A DNA stretch of 64,000 nucleotides, taken from IMG/VR virus record IMGVR_UViG_3300023257_000007, positions 186,001 to 250,000 of that record. One strand, given 5' to 3'. The position numbers were made by a program, and so were the translations under genes. The notes under the pieces were generated by a model. It did no database searches. It worked only from the letters and a program-made list of their open reading frames with translations, and was not told where the DNA came from. This document shows positions 31,421-40,326 of the stretch, one piece after another. The stretch's first letter is position 1; every line of letters begins with the position of its first letter.

Positions 31421-31440
31421 TTGCTTTCCTTATCTTTGTA

Positions 31441-32013
31441 ATGAATAAAAATTATAATGAGATGGAAAATTATTTTAAAATTGAACATGGAAGAAAGGTT
31501 GAGACATACACACCTAAAGATACATATGTATTAACATGGAATGAAAGACATGGTGATGCTGATCAAAGTATGCCTACATCTATGACTATACACAGTATGG
31601 ATGAGTTATGGTTCATGTTATGGTTTAGTAAGTGGTTAGATAGATACAGACAGTATAGTGACTTAGATGAGTATAGTAAGGTACTTAATAAGTATAGTAA
31701 GGAGTTATTGGGTAGTAGTTGGTATATAACTGATTGGTGTAGTGATGTGTATGATCATGATTGTATATATTCTAGTTGTTATTGTGGTGTGGATGCCATG
31801 AAGTTATATTATTATGATGAGCATGGTGTTAAGTATGAAGAGGAGATTGATGGTAGTACATATATATCTTTAGTGAAGATGGGATATAAGTTAGATTGTT
31901 GGTTCATTGATAAGTATCCACATATAGCTAATGAGTTACAGGGTATGATATGTGATGCTGCATTGGAAGATAAGAAGGATGTTATTGAGGCTAATAAAAT
32001 GGGGTTGATATGA
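31441..32013 (+). CDS. KMGLL-tag protein, GDAD/YYYD family
   Basis: Likely start 31441 after TATCTTTG promoter; ends IEANKMGLI. Confidence 0.8.
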   Translation: MNKNYNEMENYFKIEHGRKVETYTPKDTYVLTWNERHGDADQSMPTSMTIHSMDELWFMLWFSKWLDRYRQYSDLDEYSKVLNKYSKELLGSSWYITDWCSDVYDHDCIYSSCYCGVDAMKLYYYDEHGVKYEEEIDGSTYISLVKMGYKLDCWFIDKYPHIANELQGMICDAALEDKKDVIEANKMGLI

Positions 32014-32342
32014 TAGATAAGAATATAGTTATAGTATCGTATAGTAAAGAGGAGTTTAATTATGTATTGAATCTATTTAAATCTAGGGAGTTCAGTAGGT
32101 CTACGATTGATTCGTATCTACGTTACGTTAATGATGATGGTCATTATAATGATTATGTATATCCTATTGCATTAATTGTGAGGTTTAAATTAATGTCAGC
32201 AACGTGGCAGTATAAAGATATGTGGGATCATATTAATGATTTATTAGATAGGGGTGAGGTTGATAGTGTTATTGATTGTAAAGATTTCAAAGAGATGGGT
32301 GGTGATAATTATATTGAAGGTATTAAATTAGGTTTACTTTAA
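32010..32342 (+). CDS. KMGLL-tag family protein
   Basis: Ends IEGIKLGLL. Confidence 0.8.
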   Translation: MIDKNIVIVSYSKEEFNYVLNLFKSREFSRSTIDSYLRYVNDDGHYNDYVYPIALIVRFKLMSATWQYKDMWDHINDLLDRGEVDSVIDCKDFKEMGGDNYIEGIKLGLL

Positions 32343-32371
32343 AGTTTAGAAGGTATTCCTTATCTTTGTAT
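32341..32371 (+). promoter_or_regulatory. 31-bp repeated sigma-A promoter unit AAAGTTTAGAAGGTATTCC[GT]T[AG]TCTTTGTAT, copy 1
   Basis: Near-identical copies at 34574, 35324, 39812; contains the TAnnTTTG -7 element. Confidence 0.85.
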
Positions 32372-32414
32372 TGAATATAATTTAAAGAATAGAAAATGAT
32401 AAAAGGAATAAGTA

Positions 32415-32732
32415 ATGACATATAAGGTATTGATTAAGGTTCGTAATGAATCTGAATGGATATCATGTTGTGATATGTTGTATAGTCATGGTTATCGATG
32501 GCAAGACAATTGTATGGACTCAAAGAAGATACATGGATATAAGTTGATAAGTGAAGGTGATATATATTTAGTTATATATAATCATACTGACCCTCATCAT
32601 CATGATGATCGTTTATTTTATAATACTAATGTTAATGTTGATATTTATGGGCCGGATGTTATTATAATTAATTATGTTGAAGGTATGGATTTACATGAGA
32701 TAATAGAAGTTAATAAATTGGGATTAATATGA
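32415..32732 (+). CDS. KMGLL-tag protein, subfamily A
   Basis: IKVRNESEWISCC.MLYSHGY.W; ends IEVNKLGLI. Confidence 0.8.
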   Translation: MTYKVLIKVRNESEWISCCDMLYSHGYRWQDNCMDSKKIHGYKLISEGDIYLVIYNHTDPHHHDDRLFYNTNVNVDIYGPDVIIINYVEGMDLHEIIEVNKLGLI

Positions 32733-33064
32733 TAGTATTTAGTAAAGATATAAAGAAAATAAATATTAAGGTTCGTAATGAATCTGAATGGGTATCATGT
32801 TGCAATATGTTGTATAGTCATGGTTATCATTGGAATGTTGAGTCTGATTTTATGGAGATATATTCTGAATGTTTAGAAACTGCTAAGGAATATATTAAGA
32901 CTTATGCAATAAATGATGGTATATATTTAGTTGTTTATAATGATAATAGTGGACGGTTATATTATAATTATAAATATAAGACTGATGGTATAATAAATCT
33001 TGATTGGTATGATGGTATGGATTTACATGAGATAAATGAAGCTAATAAATTGGGGTTAATATGA
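32729..33064 (+). CDS. KMGLL-tag protein, subfamily A
   Basis: Close tandem paralog of 32415; ends NEANKLGLI. Confidence 0.8.
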   Translation: MIVFSKDIKKINIKVRNESEWVSCCNMLYSHGYHWNVESDFMEIYSECLETAKEYIKTYAINDGIYLVVYNDNSGRLYYNYKYKTDGIINLDWYDGMDLHEINEANKLGLI

Positions 33065-33366
33065 AAGAGAAGATATACATAATATTAAATAATATAGATG
33101 ATTGGATTAATTGTTGTAATCAATTAGACAATGAGGGATATTTTTGGGCAAGAAGTAGTGACTCATATAAAGATAAATATCATAAATGTAAAACTTTCGG
33201 TAATCCTGAAAATTATATAGTAATAGGTCATAATGAGTATGATGATAATCGTTTATATTATGGTAATATATATAATGATAAGAAGTTTGATGGTATTATT
33301 TTATATTGGGATGCTGATGTAGATTTAGAAAGTTATTTTGCAGGTTTAAAAATGGGATTATTATAA
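33061..33366 (+). CDS. KMGLL-tag protein, subfamily A (distant)
   Basis: W..CC..L...GYFW; ends FAGLKMGLL. Confidence 0.8.
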   Translation: MKEKIYIILNNIDDWINCCNQLDNEGYFWARSSDSYKDKYHKCKTFGNPENYIVIGHNEYDDNRLYYGNIYNDKKFDGIILYWDADVDLESYFAGLKMGLL

Positions 33367-33476
33367 TAATATTTTCATGTTTGACCAGGGAGAATTTAGG
33401 TTGGAGGAAAGGGGATATTTTTATTTGGTGAAGGTTTGTTGTGTATTTGTGTATAAATTAAAATGTAAAAAAGATT

Positions 33477-33857
33477 ATGATAAAATGGATTAATATAAGG
33501 CTGGAAGGTTATGGTAAAGGTAAAGGTAAAGGTAAAGGTAAGAAGAAACTGAATAAGATGGTTATGCGTAAATTGTTACATCAAATTGATTGTAAGGTTG
33601 GTTTTCGTATTAAGGATGGTGGATGGAAACCAGTTTTAAATAGTTTAAAAGAATATAAGCATTATAAATATATATGGATTGCTATATGTCCTTTTGGTAA
33701 AGATATGGCTGCGGATTATCATGAAAATAAAGAAGAATGGGAGAGTTATAAAGACGGTATTGAGGCGGATGAAGCTGAGGTATGGTTGAGTTGGGAAGAG
33801 TTTATGGATTTAGATATTCAGATGATTGTTAATGGTTCTAAAATGAATTTATTATGA
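33477..33857 (+). CDS. KMGLL-tag protein with (GK)5 microsatellite
   Basis: (GGTAAA)4 at 33513-33536; ends VNGSKMNLL. Confidence 0.75.
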   Translation: MIKWINIRLEGYGKGKGKGKGKKKLNKMVMRKLLHQIDCKVGFRIKDGGWKPVLNSLKEYKHYKYIWIAICPFGKDMAADYHENKEEWESYKDGIEADEAEVWLSWEEFMDLDIQMIVNGSKMNLL

Positions 33858-34246
33858 AAGATATAAAGTGGATAAATATAATGTTAGACTGGGATAAGTT
33901 TAAGTGGGAACAATTCCATGATGTTGTTGATTATTATAAAGAGTTATTTCCTAAATTAGATTGGACAACTGTTCAAACTGAGATACAGATACATGATAAA
34001 ATTCGAAATGAATCTGTTTTTGATATTTTAGGTTTATCTATATGTTTGGAACATGATAGTAATGATTTTAATATTAATAATTGTGAAAATACTATAAATA
34101 ATTGGCATCCTGTTATATTTAAGTATGGTATTGGTGATGATTTATATGACAAGCAAACTGGTATTGAAATAATTGTTAAATATAGTAAAGATTTCCGTGA
34201 AGAGATTGAGTTTTATTTAGAGGGTTCTAAAATGGGTTTATTATGA
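33854..34246 (+). CDS. KMGLL-tag protein, subfamily E
   Basis: WINI..DWD.F.W similar to 60161; ends LEGSKMGLL. Confidence 0.8.
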   Translation: MKDIKWINIMLDWDKFKWEQFHDVVDYYKELFPKLDWTTVQTEIQIHDKIRNESVFDILGLSICLEHDSNDFNINNCENTINNWHPVIFKYGIGDDLYDKQTGIEIIVKYSKDFREEIEFYLEGSKMGLL

Positions 34247-34575
34247 AAAAAACAATAATATTTTTACATAACAATAAGGATTTGGGCAACTTGTTCATGT
34301 ATTTACATGTTATTGGATGCAAATGGTCTAGTGGTAGACCTATTATAATAGATAGTGAAATACAAAGATTTAATTTATCTTGTTCTAGATCTAAATCTGT
34401 TGCAATTATCGTTGATGATGGTAGTCTTACTTATGTATCAAATAAGAAAGATATTGTTTATAGTTATATATCTGGTGATAAATTTAAATATTATGATCAT
34501 TATGAGTATGTAGATTTTGATAAGGAGTTTGATATTGATGTAACTATTAATGGTAATAAGATGGGATTACTTTAA
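34243..34575 (+). CDS. KMGLL-tag protein, subfamily B
   Basis: YLH.IG.KW, YDHYEY; ends INGNKMGLL. Confidence 0.8.
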   Translation: MKKTIIFLHNNKDLGNLFMYLHVIGCKWSSGRPIIIDSEIQRFNLSCSRSKSVAIIVDDGSLTYVSNKKDIVYSYISGDKFKYYDHYEYVDFDKEFDIDVTINGNKMGLL

Positions 34576-34604
34576 AGTTTAGAAGGTATTCCGTGTCTTT
34601 GTAT
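34574..34604 (+). promoter_or_regulatory. 31-bp repeated promoter unit, copy 2
   Basis: Overlaps the stop of the tagged gene; SD AGGAGG downstream. Confidence 0.8.
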
Positions 34605-34627
34605 TATAATTAAAGGAGGAAACAAAA

Positions 34628-34963
34628 ATGAAAATGATAATATATGCACATAATGACGAAGATATTTATAAGTTATCAACTTATTTACATTATATTGGAA
34701 TTAAATGGCAAACTGAAATTTTTATTATGAATGATGGTGAAATGACAATAGATTGTAATAGAGCTGAATCTAAATCTATTGCATTTTGTGTTAAAAATAA
34801 TCGTGTGTCATATATGAATGATGGTGGTTCTTTTGGTGGTGATGTTTATAATTTTTTCAAAAGGCAACCATATGAATGTTATGACCATTATGAGTATATT
34901 GAATTTGATAAGGAGTTTGGTGTTGATATGGTTTTAGAATCAATAAAGATGGGTTTATTATGA
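34628..34963 (+). CDS. KMGLL-tag protein, subfamily B
   Basis: Ends LESIKMGLL. Confidence 0.8.
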   Translation: MKMIIYAHNDEDIYKLSTYLHYIGIKWQTEIFIMNDGEMTIDCNRAESKSIAFCVKNNRVSYMNDGGSFGGDVYNFFKRQPYECYDHYEYIEFDKEFGVDMVLESIKMGLL

Positions 34964-35325
34964 AAAAAACAATAATATATGTACATAGTGATGAGGATAT
35001 GATTAATTTATTAAGTTATTTACATTTTGTTGGAGTTACATGGCATGGCTCTGCTATTATAAAAGATGATGATAGTTCCGATAATTTTTTTAATGCCGAT
35101 GCCAGATATATAGATATTAGTTGTAAAAAAACGGGAACTGTTGGATTTTGTATTGATCAAGATGATTATATTACATATATGGATGATGGTACTTTTAAAG
35201 GCGAGAATGTTTATGAATATTTCGGTAGAGATTTTATGGAGTATGATCATTATGAGTATGATGAATATGTTGAAAAGTTTGATATTGAACCACTCATAAA
35301 TGGAATAAAGATGGGTTTACTTTAA
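34960..35325 (+). CDS. KMGLL-tag protein, subfamily B
   Basis: Ends INGIKMGLL. Confidence 0.8.
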   Translation: MKKTIIYVHSDEDMINLLSYLHFVGVTWHGSAIIKDDDSSDNFFNADARYIDISCKKTGTVGFCIDQDDYITYMDDGTFKGENVYEYFGRDFMEYDHYEYDEYVEKFDIEPLINGIKMGLL

Positions 35326-35354
35326 AGTTTAGAAGGTATTCCGTATCTTTGTAT
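35324..35354 (+). promoter_or_regulatory. 31-bp repeated promoter unit, copy 3
   Basis: Overlaps the stop of the tagged gene. Confidence 0.85.
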
Positions 35355-35377
35355 TATAATTAAAAAGGAGAAGAAAA

Positions 35378-35632
35378 ATGAAAAAGAAACAAAATAAAAA
35401 AGAAGAGAGTAAATATCAATACAGAAGTGATACTGCTGTTAGGGTTGAAGAAACTGAATATAGTGTAAATGAGTATGACGAATGGGATCGCATAGTATTT
35501 TATTTATGGAAGAAGAGTGGTTATTGGTCTGTGAATGTTTTTGCTCCTGTAACTGATGGTAAAAGGGTTTCATTAGAACCTTTACAAGTAATTCATAAGT
35601 ATTGGACATCTTATAATAAATTATCAATATGA
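35378..35632 (+). CDS. Hypothetical protein
   Basis: 84 aa with promoter and AAGGAG upstream. Confidence 0.75.
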   Translation: MKKKQNKKEESKYQYRSDTAVRVEETEYSVNEYDEWDRIVFYLWKKSGYWSVNVFAPVTDGKRVSLEPLQVIHKYWTSYNKLSI

Positions 35633-35895
35633 AAAGATTAAATATATTTGTAAGAAGTGGATTACAGCAAACGTTGTTTCTACATTATTTATATACTAAT
35701 GGTTATAGTTATAAAGATAGAAAGGATCTTTATTGGAAATTTACTAATGGTTCAGGTGCTATTGTGGTTAATGTAATTGATAAAATAATATTAGGTGGTA
35801 ACACAGGTTGGTTTGCAACACAATCACATATGAATGTAAAAGAATTTGTTGATAAGGCGTGGGAATTTGAAAGTATGAGGATTGGTGTATTATGA
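35629..35895 (+). CDS. KMGLL-tag variant protein
   Basis: YLYTNGYSY; ends FESMRIGVL. Confidence 0.75.
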   Translation: MKRLNIFVRSGLQQTLFLHYLYTNGYSYKDRKDLYWKFTNGSGAIVVNVIDKIILGGNTGWFATQSHMNVKEFVDKAWEFESMRIGVL

Positions 35896-36131
35896 TTAAG
35901 GAATATCATATATGTATTATAAATAAAAAGGAGAAAAAAATGCTAACAATATTAACAATATTATTAATATGGAATCAATTTAGTGGTTGGTTTAGAAAGA
36001 TGTTTTGTAAAATTGGTTTACACACATGGATTAAAGTCTATTCACATAATGAAAAAGGTTGGCATATAAAGGAAAAGAAATGTAGAATATGTAATAAGGA
36101 GGTAAAAAATGATAAAAATAATAGAAAATAA
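35892..36131 (+). CDS. Small membrane / Cys-His protein
   Basis: FCKIGLHTW...KCRICNK pattern. Confidence 0.65.
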   Translation: MIKEYHICIINKKEKKMLTILTILLIWNQFSGWFRKMFCKIGLHTWIKVYSHNEKGWHIKEKKCRICNKEVKNDKNNRK

Positions 36132-36618
36132 AACACAAACTAAAAGAATTGAACCTTATTATAGGTTAAAATTTAGTTACATGATTGGTGATGCTGATGG
36201 TGACACTACAGAGAAGATTGATATTCCTCTTAACAATCCATATGTCGAAAGAGTTGTTGATGTTTTAAATAATTGTGATACACCTAAAGGTCATTGGGGT
36301 ATGATATTAGACTCTGAACATTTCACTAAGTTATTGAATCAGGGTAAAATGACACAGAGTGATTATAATTTTTGTAAAGTGGTTGTATTTGGTGATGACA
36401 TTGATGAACACATGGAAGAGTTTTTCAGCAAGGAAAGAATTGAGGCTGACAAATTAAAATTATTGGAGATAACTGGCGATGAAAAATCATACGCTTATGA
36501 ATTTGAAGAGGCTTGTATTACTTCGATTGGACATAGTTTCGCAGTTTTTGAAGGTATTGATTTATATTATATTGATGAATATGGAGTAAAACATGAGACC
36601 AAAATAGTTGATGATTAA
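36109..36618 (+). CDS. GDAD/YYYD family protein without tag
   Basis: IGDADGD and LYYIDEYGVKHE shared with 31441 and 52330; TAAGGAGGT SD upstream. Confidence 0.8.
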   Translation: MIKIIENKTQTKRIEPYYRLKFSYMIGDADGDTTEKIDIPLNNPYVERVVDVLNNCDTPKGHWGMILDSEHFTKLLNQGKMTQSDYNFCKVVVFGDDIDEHMEEFFSKERIEADKLKLLEITGDEKSYAYEFEEACITSIGHSFAVFEGIDLYYIDEYGVKHETKIVDD

Positions 36619-36692
36619 AACATTAAAATGGTAAGGAATTTCAGAAGGAGTTCCTTATCTTTGTATTAATATTAATTTAAAGAAGAAATAAA

Positions 36693-36920
36693 ATGATAAA
36701 ATATAAAATAACAGATGAAAAAATTGAAGTAGGCGACATTGTTGCTTATGGAATAACATGGAGAGAGAAACGTGTAAGAAAGCACGGTTATGTACTTGGT
36801 GTTTGGGAAGAATATTGGGATGAGGATTCACAGAAGTTTAGAAATAAGGTTGAATGTGTTGATAAAGATAATCATATAATTCGTAGTGAAGAATGGTTAA
36901 AAAAGGTGGTATTGATATGA
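36693..36920 (+). CDS. Small SH3/KOW-like hypothetical protein
   Basis: EVGDIV...HGYVLGV pattern; own promoter. Confidence 0.65.
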   Translation: MIKYKITDEKIEVGDIVAYGITWREKRVRKHGYVLGVWEEYWDEDSQKFRNKVECVDKDNHIIRSEEWLKKVVLI

Positions 36921-37222
36921 TAAAACGATATTATAAAATAGGAATAGATATTCCTGATAATAAATTTGTTAAGTTGATATCAGATCATTTATATTCTTTG
37001 GGTTATAAATGGTGTAGTGATTTTAGAGACGAATCTTTTTATGATAAAGTAACGAATGAATGTATAAGAAGTAATGTGCGTGGTATTGGTGTTGAATGTA
37101 ATGGTCGCATGAGTTACAATGTTGTTAAAAATCAAACTGAAAAGTGGTATTCTCTTGAAGAATATGTAATAAAATATGATTTAGTGATTGAATATGAAGG
37201 ATTAAAAATGGGTTTATTATGA
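36917..37222 (+). CDS. KMGLL-tag protein, subfamily C
   Basis: HLYSLGYKW, GIGVE..GR.SYNV; ends YEGLKMGLL. Confidence 0.8.
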   Translation: MIKRYYKIGIDIPDNKFVKLISDHLYSLGYKWCSDFRDESFYDKVTNECIRSNVRGIGVECNGRMSYNVVKNQTEKWYSLEEYVIKYDLVIEYEGLKMGLL

Positions 37223-37335
37223 GAAAGAGAAAACGAATCAAGGAAAATATTGACTATTTGTTATTTGGAATGGATTGTGCATTGATAGTATTATTTGTAT
37301 TATTCATAGTATTAATTATAATTTAGGAGGAAAAA

Positions 37336-37686
37336 ATGAGAAAAATATATTTAGCAACAAATTATTTCACAGCGTTAACCCCGCTTGATGATGATAACAA
37401 TTTATTAAAATTAGAAAGAGGTAAAGATCCTGTTATTATTTGTACCCTTGAGAAATATCTGGAAGATGTTGATAACACAATAATCACAGGTAACATATTA
37501 AGATTAGAAATAATTGCAAAAACAGATGATGGTTGGATAATTGAACAAGAATTTATAACACCGGGAATGTTAGAGAGTTTGAATTGTAGAAAGATAAGTC
37601 TTGACTCACAATTTATTGAAACTTTAAATCGAAGCCAGAAAGTGGCTTTAGAGTTAAAGAATATAAATGAAAAATTGTCAAGGTAA
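37336..37686 (+). CDS. Hypothetical protein
   Basis: 116 aa, AGGAGG SD. Confidence 0.75.
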   Translation: MRKIYLATNYFTALTPLDDDNNLLKLERGKDPVIICTLEKYLEDVDNTIITGNILRLEIIAKTDDGWIIEQEFITPGMLESLNCRKISLDSQFIETLNRSQKVALELKNINEKLSR

Positions 37687-37854
37687 ATTTTTTTATTAAG
37701 TAGAATCACCGTATATTTGTATTATACAATTGAGAAGATAGAAAAAGAAGAGAAATAAACAGAATGATTTTTTAATTCAGAATAAAGTTCTTATCTTTGT
37801 ATAGACAAAAACAAGTAAACATAATATTAATTAATTTAAAAAACGAAAAACAAA

Positions 37855-38169
37855 ATGGCAAACAAAAAAGATTTAACAAACGCAATTGCAATAGCTACAG
37901 GCAAAACAAAAAAAGATAGCAAAGAATTAGTAAACGTCATAATGGCATCTATTAAATCTGAATTAAGTAACGGTGAAGGTTCTATCGTAAAATTAGTAAA
38001 CTTTGGAACATTTAAAGTAGTTAATCGAAAAGCAAGAAAAGGAAGAAATCCAAGGACTGGTGAATCAATTGATATCCCTGCAAAGAATGTAGTTAGATTC
38101 AAAGCTGGTAAAGGTCTTAAAGAAGCGGTTGATTATACTGCTGAAGAAAGAGAAGAATTAGGAATATAA
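37855..38169 (+). CDS. hup: HU family DNA-binding protein, copy 1
   Basis: NKKDL..AIA, L.NFGTF.V..RKARKGRNPRTGE.I.IPAK.VV.FK.GK.LKEAV; tail DYTAEEREELGI. Confidence 0.95.
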   Translation: MANKKDLTNAIAIATGKTKKDSKELVNVIMASIKSELSNGEGSIVKLVNFGTFKVVNRKARKGRNPRTGESIDIPAKNVVRFKAGKGLKEAVDYTAEEREELGI

Positions 38170-38192
38170 GAAATAAAACTCCTGAAATATCG

Positions 38193-38219
38193 AAGCCACC
38201 TGGAGAGGTGGCTTTTTTT
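38193..38219 (+). terminator. Intrinsic terminator
   Basis: AAGCCACCT-GGAG-AGGTGGCTT plus T tract. Confidence 0.9.
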
Positions 38220-38246
38220 ATTTGAAAAAATTCCTTATATTTGTAT

Positions 38247-38567
38247 ATGAATAACGAAAAATATATAAGGTTTAAGGTAAAAACTCTATCAGATAGTAAG
38301 AGTATTCAAGAATTTTTATTTTCTTTAGGATATATGTGGTGTTCAGAAAATAGGAAAGAATATTATTATATGAATTTTGAAACGTCTGATATTTTATTAT
38401 GTCTTGAGAGTGACTTTAATCCTAATATAGATCATATTTTTCATGGTGATGTAGAGATATTAAATTATGATAAAAGATGGATGGATAAGATAATAAAATC
38501 TTATGATATGAGTAATTATAAAGATTTTATTCAATATAAAAATGCAAAACAACTGGGATTAATTTAA
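38247..38567 (+). CDS. KMGLL-tag protein, subfamily D
   Basis: IQEFLFSLGY.W; ends KNAKQLGLI. Confidence 0.8.
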   Translation: MNNEKYIRFKVKTLSDSKSIQEFLFSLGYMWCSENRKEYYYMNFETSDILLCLESDFNPNIDHIFHGDVEILNYDKRWMDKIIKSYDMSNYKDFIQYKNAKQLGLI

Positions 38568-38597
38568 TATTAAGAACAAACTCCGTATCTTTACACT

Positions 38598-38903
38598 ATG
38601 AAAAAACATGAAAAATTTATATTATTTAAGGTTGATACTTCAAGGGAAAGTAAGGAAATTCAAGAATTTTTGTTTTCTTTAGGTTATTCTTGGCGTGGAG
38701 ATAATAATATGGAATATTTCTCTGTTGAAATTGGGGCTTATATTTTATTATGTGTTGATAGTAATAATATTAAGAGCAAAAATTGTATTTTTTATGGAAA
38801 TGATAAAATGCAATATGATCAAGAACTTATAAAATCTTATAACATGAATAATTATAAAGATTCTTTATGTTTTATAGAATCATTTAAATTGGGATTATTT
38901 TAA
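38598..38903 (+). CDS. KMGLL-tag protein, subfamily D
   Basis: Paralog of 38247; ends IESFKLGLF. Confidence 0.8.
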   Translation: MKKHEKFILFKVDTSRESKEIQEFLFSLGYSWRGDNNMEYFSVEIGAYILLCVDSNNIKSKNCIFYGNDKMQYDQELIKSYNMNNYKDSLCFIESFKLGLF

Positions 38904-38936
38904 AATTGAGAACAAACTCCGTATCTTTACATAGTT

Positions 38937-38991
38937 AAAGGGCGGAGAATTTTTATAGGTTCTGGGAGAGTAGACTCCAACTTGCGATATA
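38937..38991 (+). ncRNA. Five-copy small RNA candidate, copy A
   Basis: AAGGGCGGAG...GAGAGTAGACTCCAACTTGCGATATA directly after a TATCTTTA promoter; no ORF follows. Confidence 0.6.
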
Positions 38992-39042
38992 TTTTTTTTA
39001 ACACAATTTTTATTTCTTAGAAGTAATCCGTATCTTTGTTAT

Positions 39043-39474
39043 ATGAAAATGAAAGTATTATATATTAAAGCTGAAAACATGAAAGATGGTGATTTTGACA
39101 TTATGTTAAAATTTGTTAATAATAATAAAAATTTAGATTATTATTTAACAGGTATAAATATGGGGGGTATTATGAGAACATTTATATGTATAGCCGTAAA
39201 TGATGATAATTATAATGAGGTTAAAGAAAAATTATTCTCTAAATATAATACACCATCACATATTACTGATTTTCAAAATTATGAAGATTATAAATATCCC
39301 TATTTATCAATTGAAATATCAATGGAAAATGAACATGCAGATCATTTAACTATTCATCCTTTGAATGATGATGATGTAGATGTTAAAAATTTTGAAATAA
39401 TTTATAGTAATATTGATGACATATTTGATGATATTGATATGCATATAACTACAAAAAAACTTGGTTTATCTTAA
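39043..39474 (+). CDS. KMGLL-tag variant protein
   Basis: Ends ITTKKLGLS. Confidence 0.75.
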   Translation: MKMKVLYIKAENMKDGDFDIMLKFVNNNKNLDYYLTGINMGGIMRTFICIAVNDDNYNEVKEKLFSKYNTPSHITDFQNYEDYKYPYLSIEISMENEHADHLTIHPLNDDDVDVKNFEIIYSNIDDIFDDIDMHITTKKLGLS

Positions 39475-39489
39475 CTAAAAAAAATAATT

Positions 39490-39810
39490 ATGAGAAAATT
39501 TAATTGTATTAAAATAGAAAATGAAGAACATTTAAATGAATGTTATAAAAAGATAATTGATCTTAAAACACATTATCCATATAACACTTTTGTTGATAGA
39601 TTTATTATGATAAAGGGTTATTGTATTGGTTTTGAAATAGAAGAAATAGAAGAAGGAAGATTAATTTTAACATTTTTAACTGATAATGATCTTCAACGAT
39701 TTGATGAATCAAATGAATTAGCTTTTAATTGTAATTATTTTAATGATATTGATTCTTTTGTTGAATATCATAAGATTTATTTTGATTGTAGATCATTAGG
39801 GGTTTTATAA
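39490..39810 (+). CDS. KMGLL-tag variant protein
   Basis: Ends FDCRSLGVL. Confidence 0.75.
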   Translation: MRKFNCIKIENEEHLNECYKKIIDLKTHYPYNTFVDRFIMIKGYCIGFEIEEIEEGRLILTFLTDNDLQRFDESNELAFNCNYFNDIDSFVEYHKIYFDCRSLGVL

Positions 39811-39811
39811 G

Positions 39812-39842
39812 AAAGTTTAGAAGGTATTCCGTATCTTTGTAT
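39812..39842 (+). promoter_or_regulatory. 31-bp repeated promoter unit, copy 4
   Basis: Identical core to copy 3; drives the SprT-like gene. Confidence 0.85.
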
Positions 39843-39863
39843 AAATATTAAAATAATATAATT

Positions 39864-40325
39864 ATGGAATTAGATAAAGCAAGAATAAAAATGAGAGAAT
39901 TGTTATCAAAACATGGTCTTGATAATTGGAGTTTTGATTTTGATAGAGCAGTTAGACGTTTAGGTCAATGTGTTTGGAAAAAGAATAGTATCATGACTCG
40001 AAAAATTACTATGTCTAGAATTATGACTGAAAGTAGAACTGATAAAGAAGTTATTAATACAATGTTACATGAAATAGCACACGCAATAGATTTTGAAACA
40101 AGGGGTAGAAGTGCTCATGATGATGTTTGGAGATCAATTGCATTGAGTATTGGTTGTGATGGTAATAGATCTAGTAATGTTGATGTTGAGGTTTCAGAAA
40201 AGAATTATAAGTGGTTGGCTATATGTCCAGAGCATGGTGTTTTGGGTGGATGGCAAAGAAAACCAAAAGATAATAAAATGTGTAAAAAATGTAAAAGTAA
40301 AATCATAATAAAGGAAAATAAATAA
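39864..40325 (+). CDS. SprT-like zinc metallopeptidase
   Basis: RRLGQC, TMLHEIAHA (HExxH), H...W...A..IGC, C-terminal Cys cluster. Confidence 0.88.
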   Translation: MELDKARIKMRELLSKHGLDNWSFDFDRAVRRLGQCVWKKNSIMTRKITMSRIMTESRTDKEVINTMLHEIAHAIDFETRGRSAHDDVWRSIALSIGCDGNRSSNVDVEVSEKNYKWLAICPEHGVLGGWQRKPKDNKMCKKCKSKIIIKENK

Positions 40326-40326
40326 C

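Noticed and set aside
32341-39842. CRISPR array or integron attC from the 31-bp repeats
   Set aside because: Spacing is hundreds to thousands of bp with whole genes between copies, the repeat is a promoter, and there is no cas gene, integrase or attC-type palindrome.
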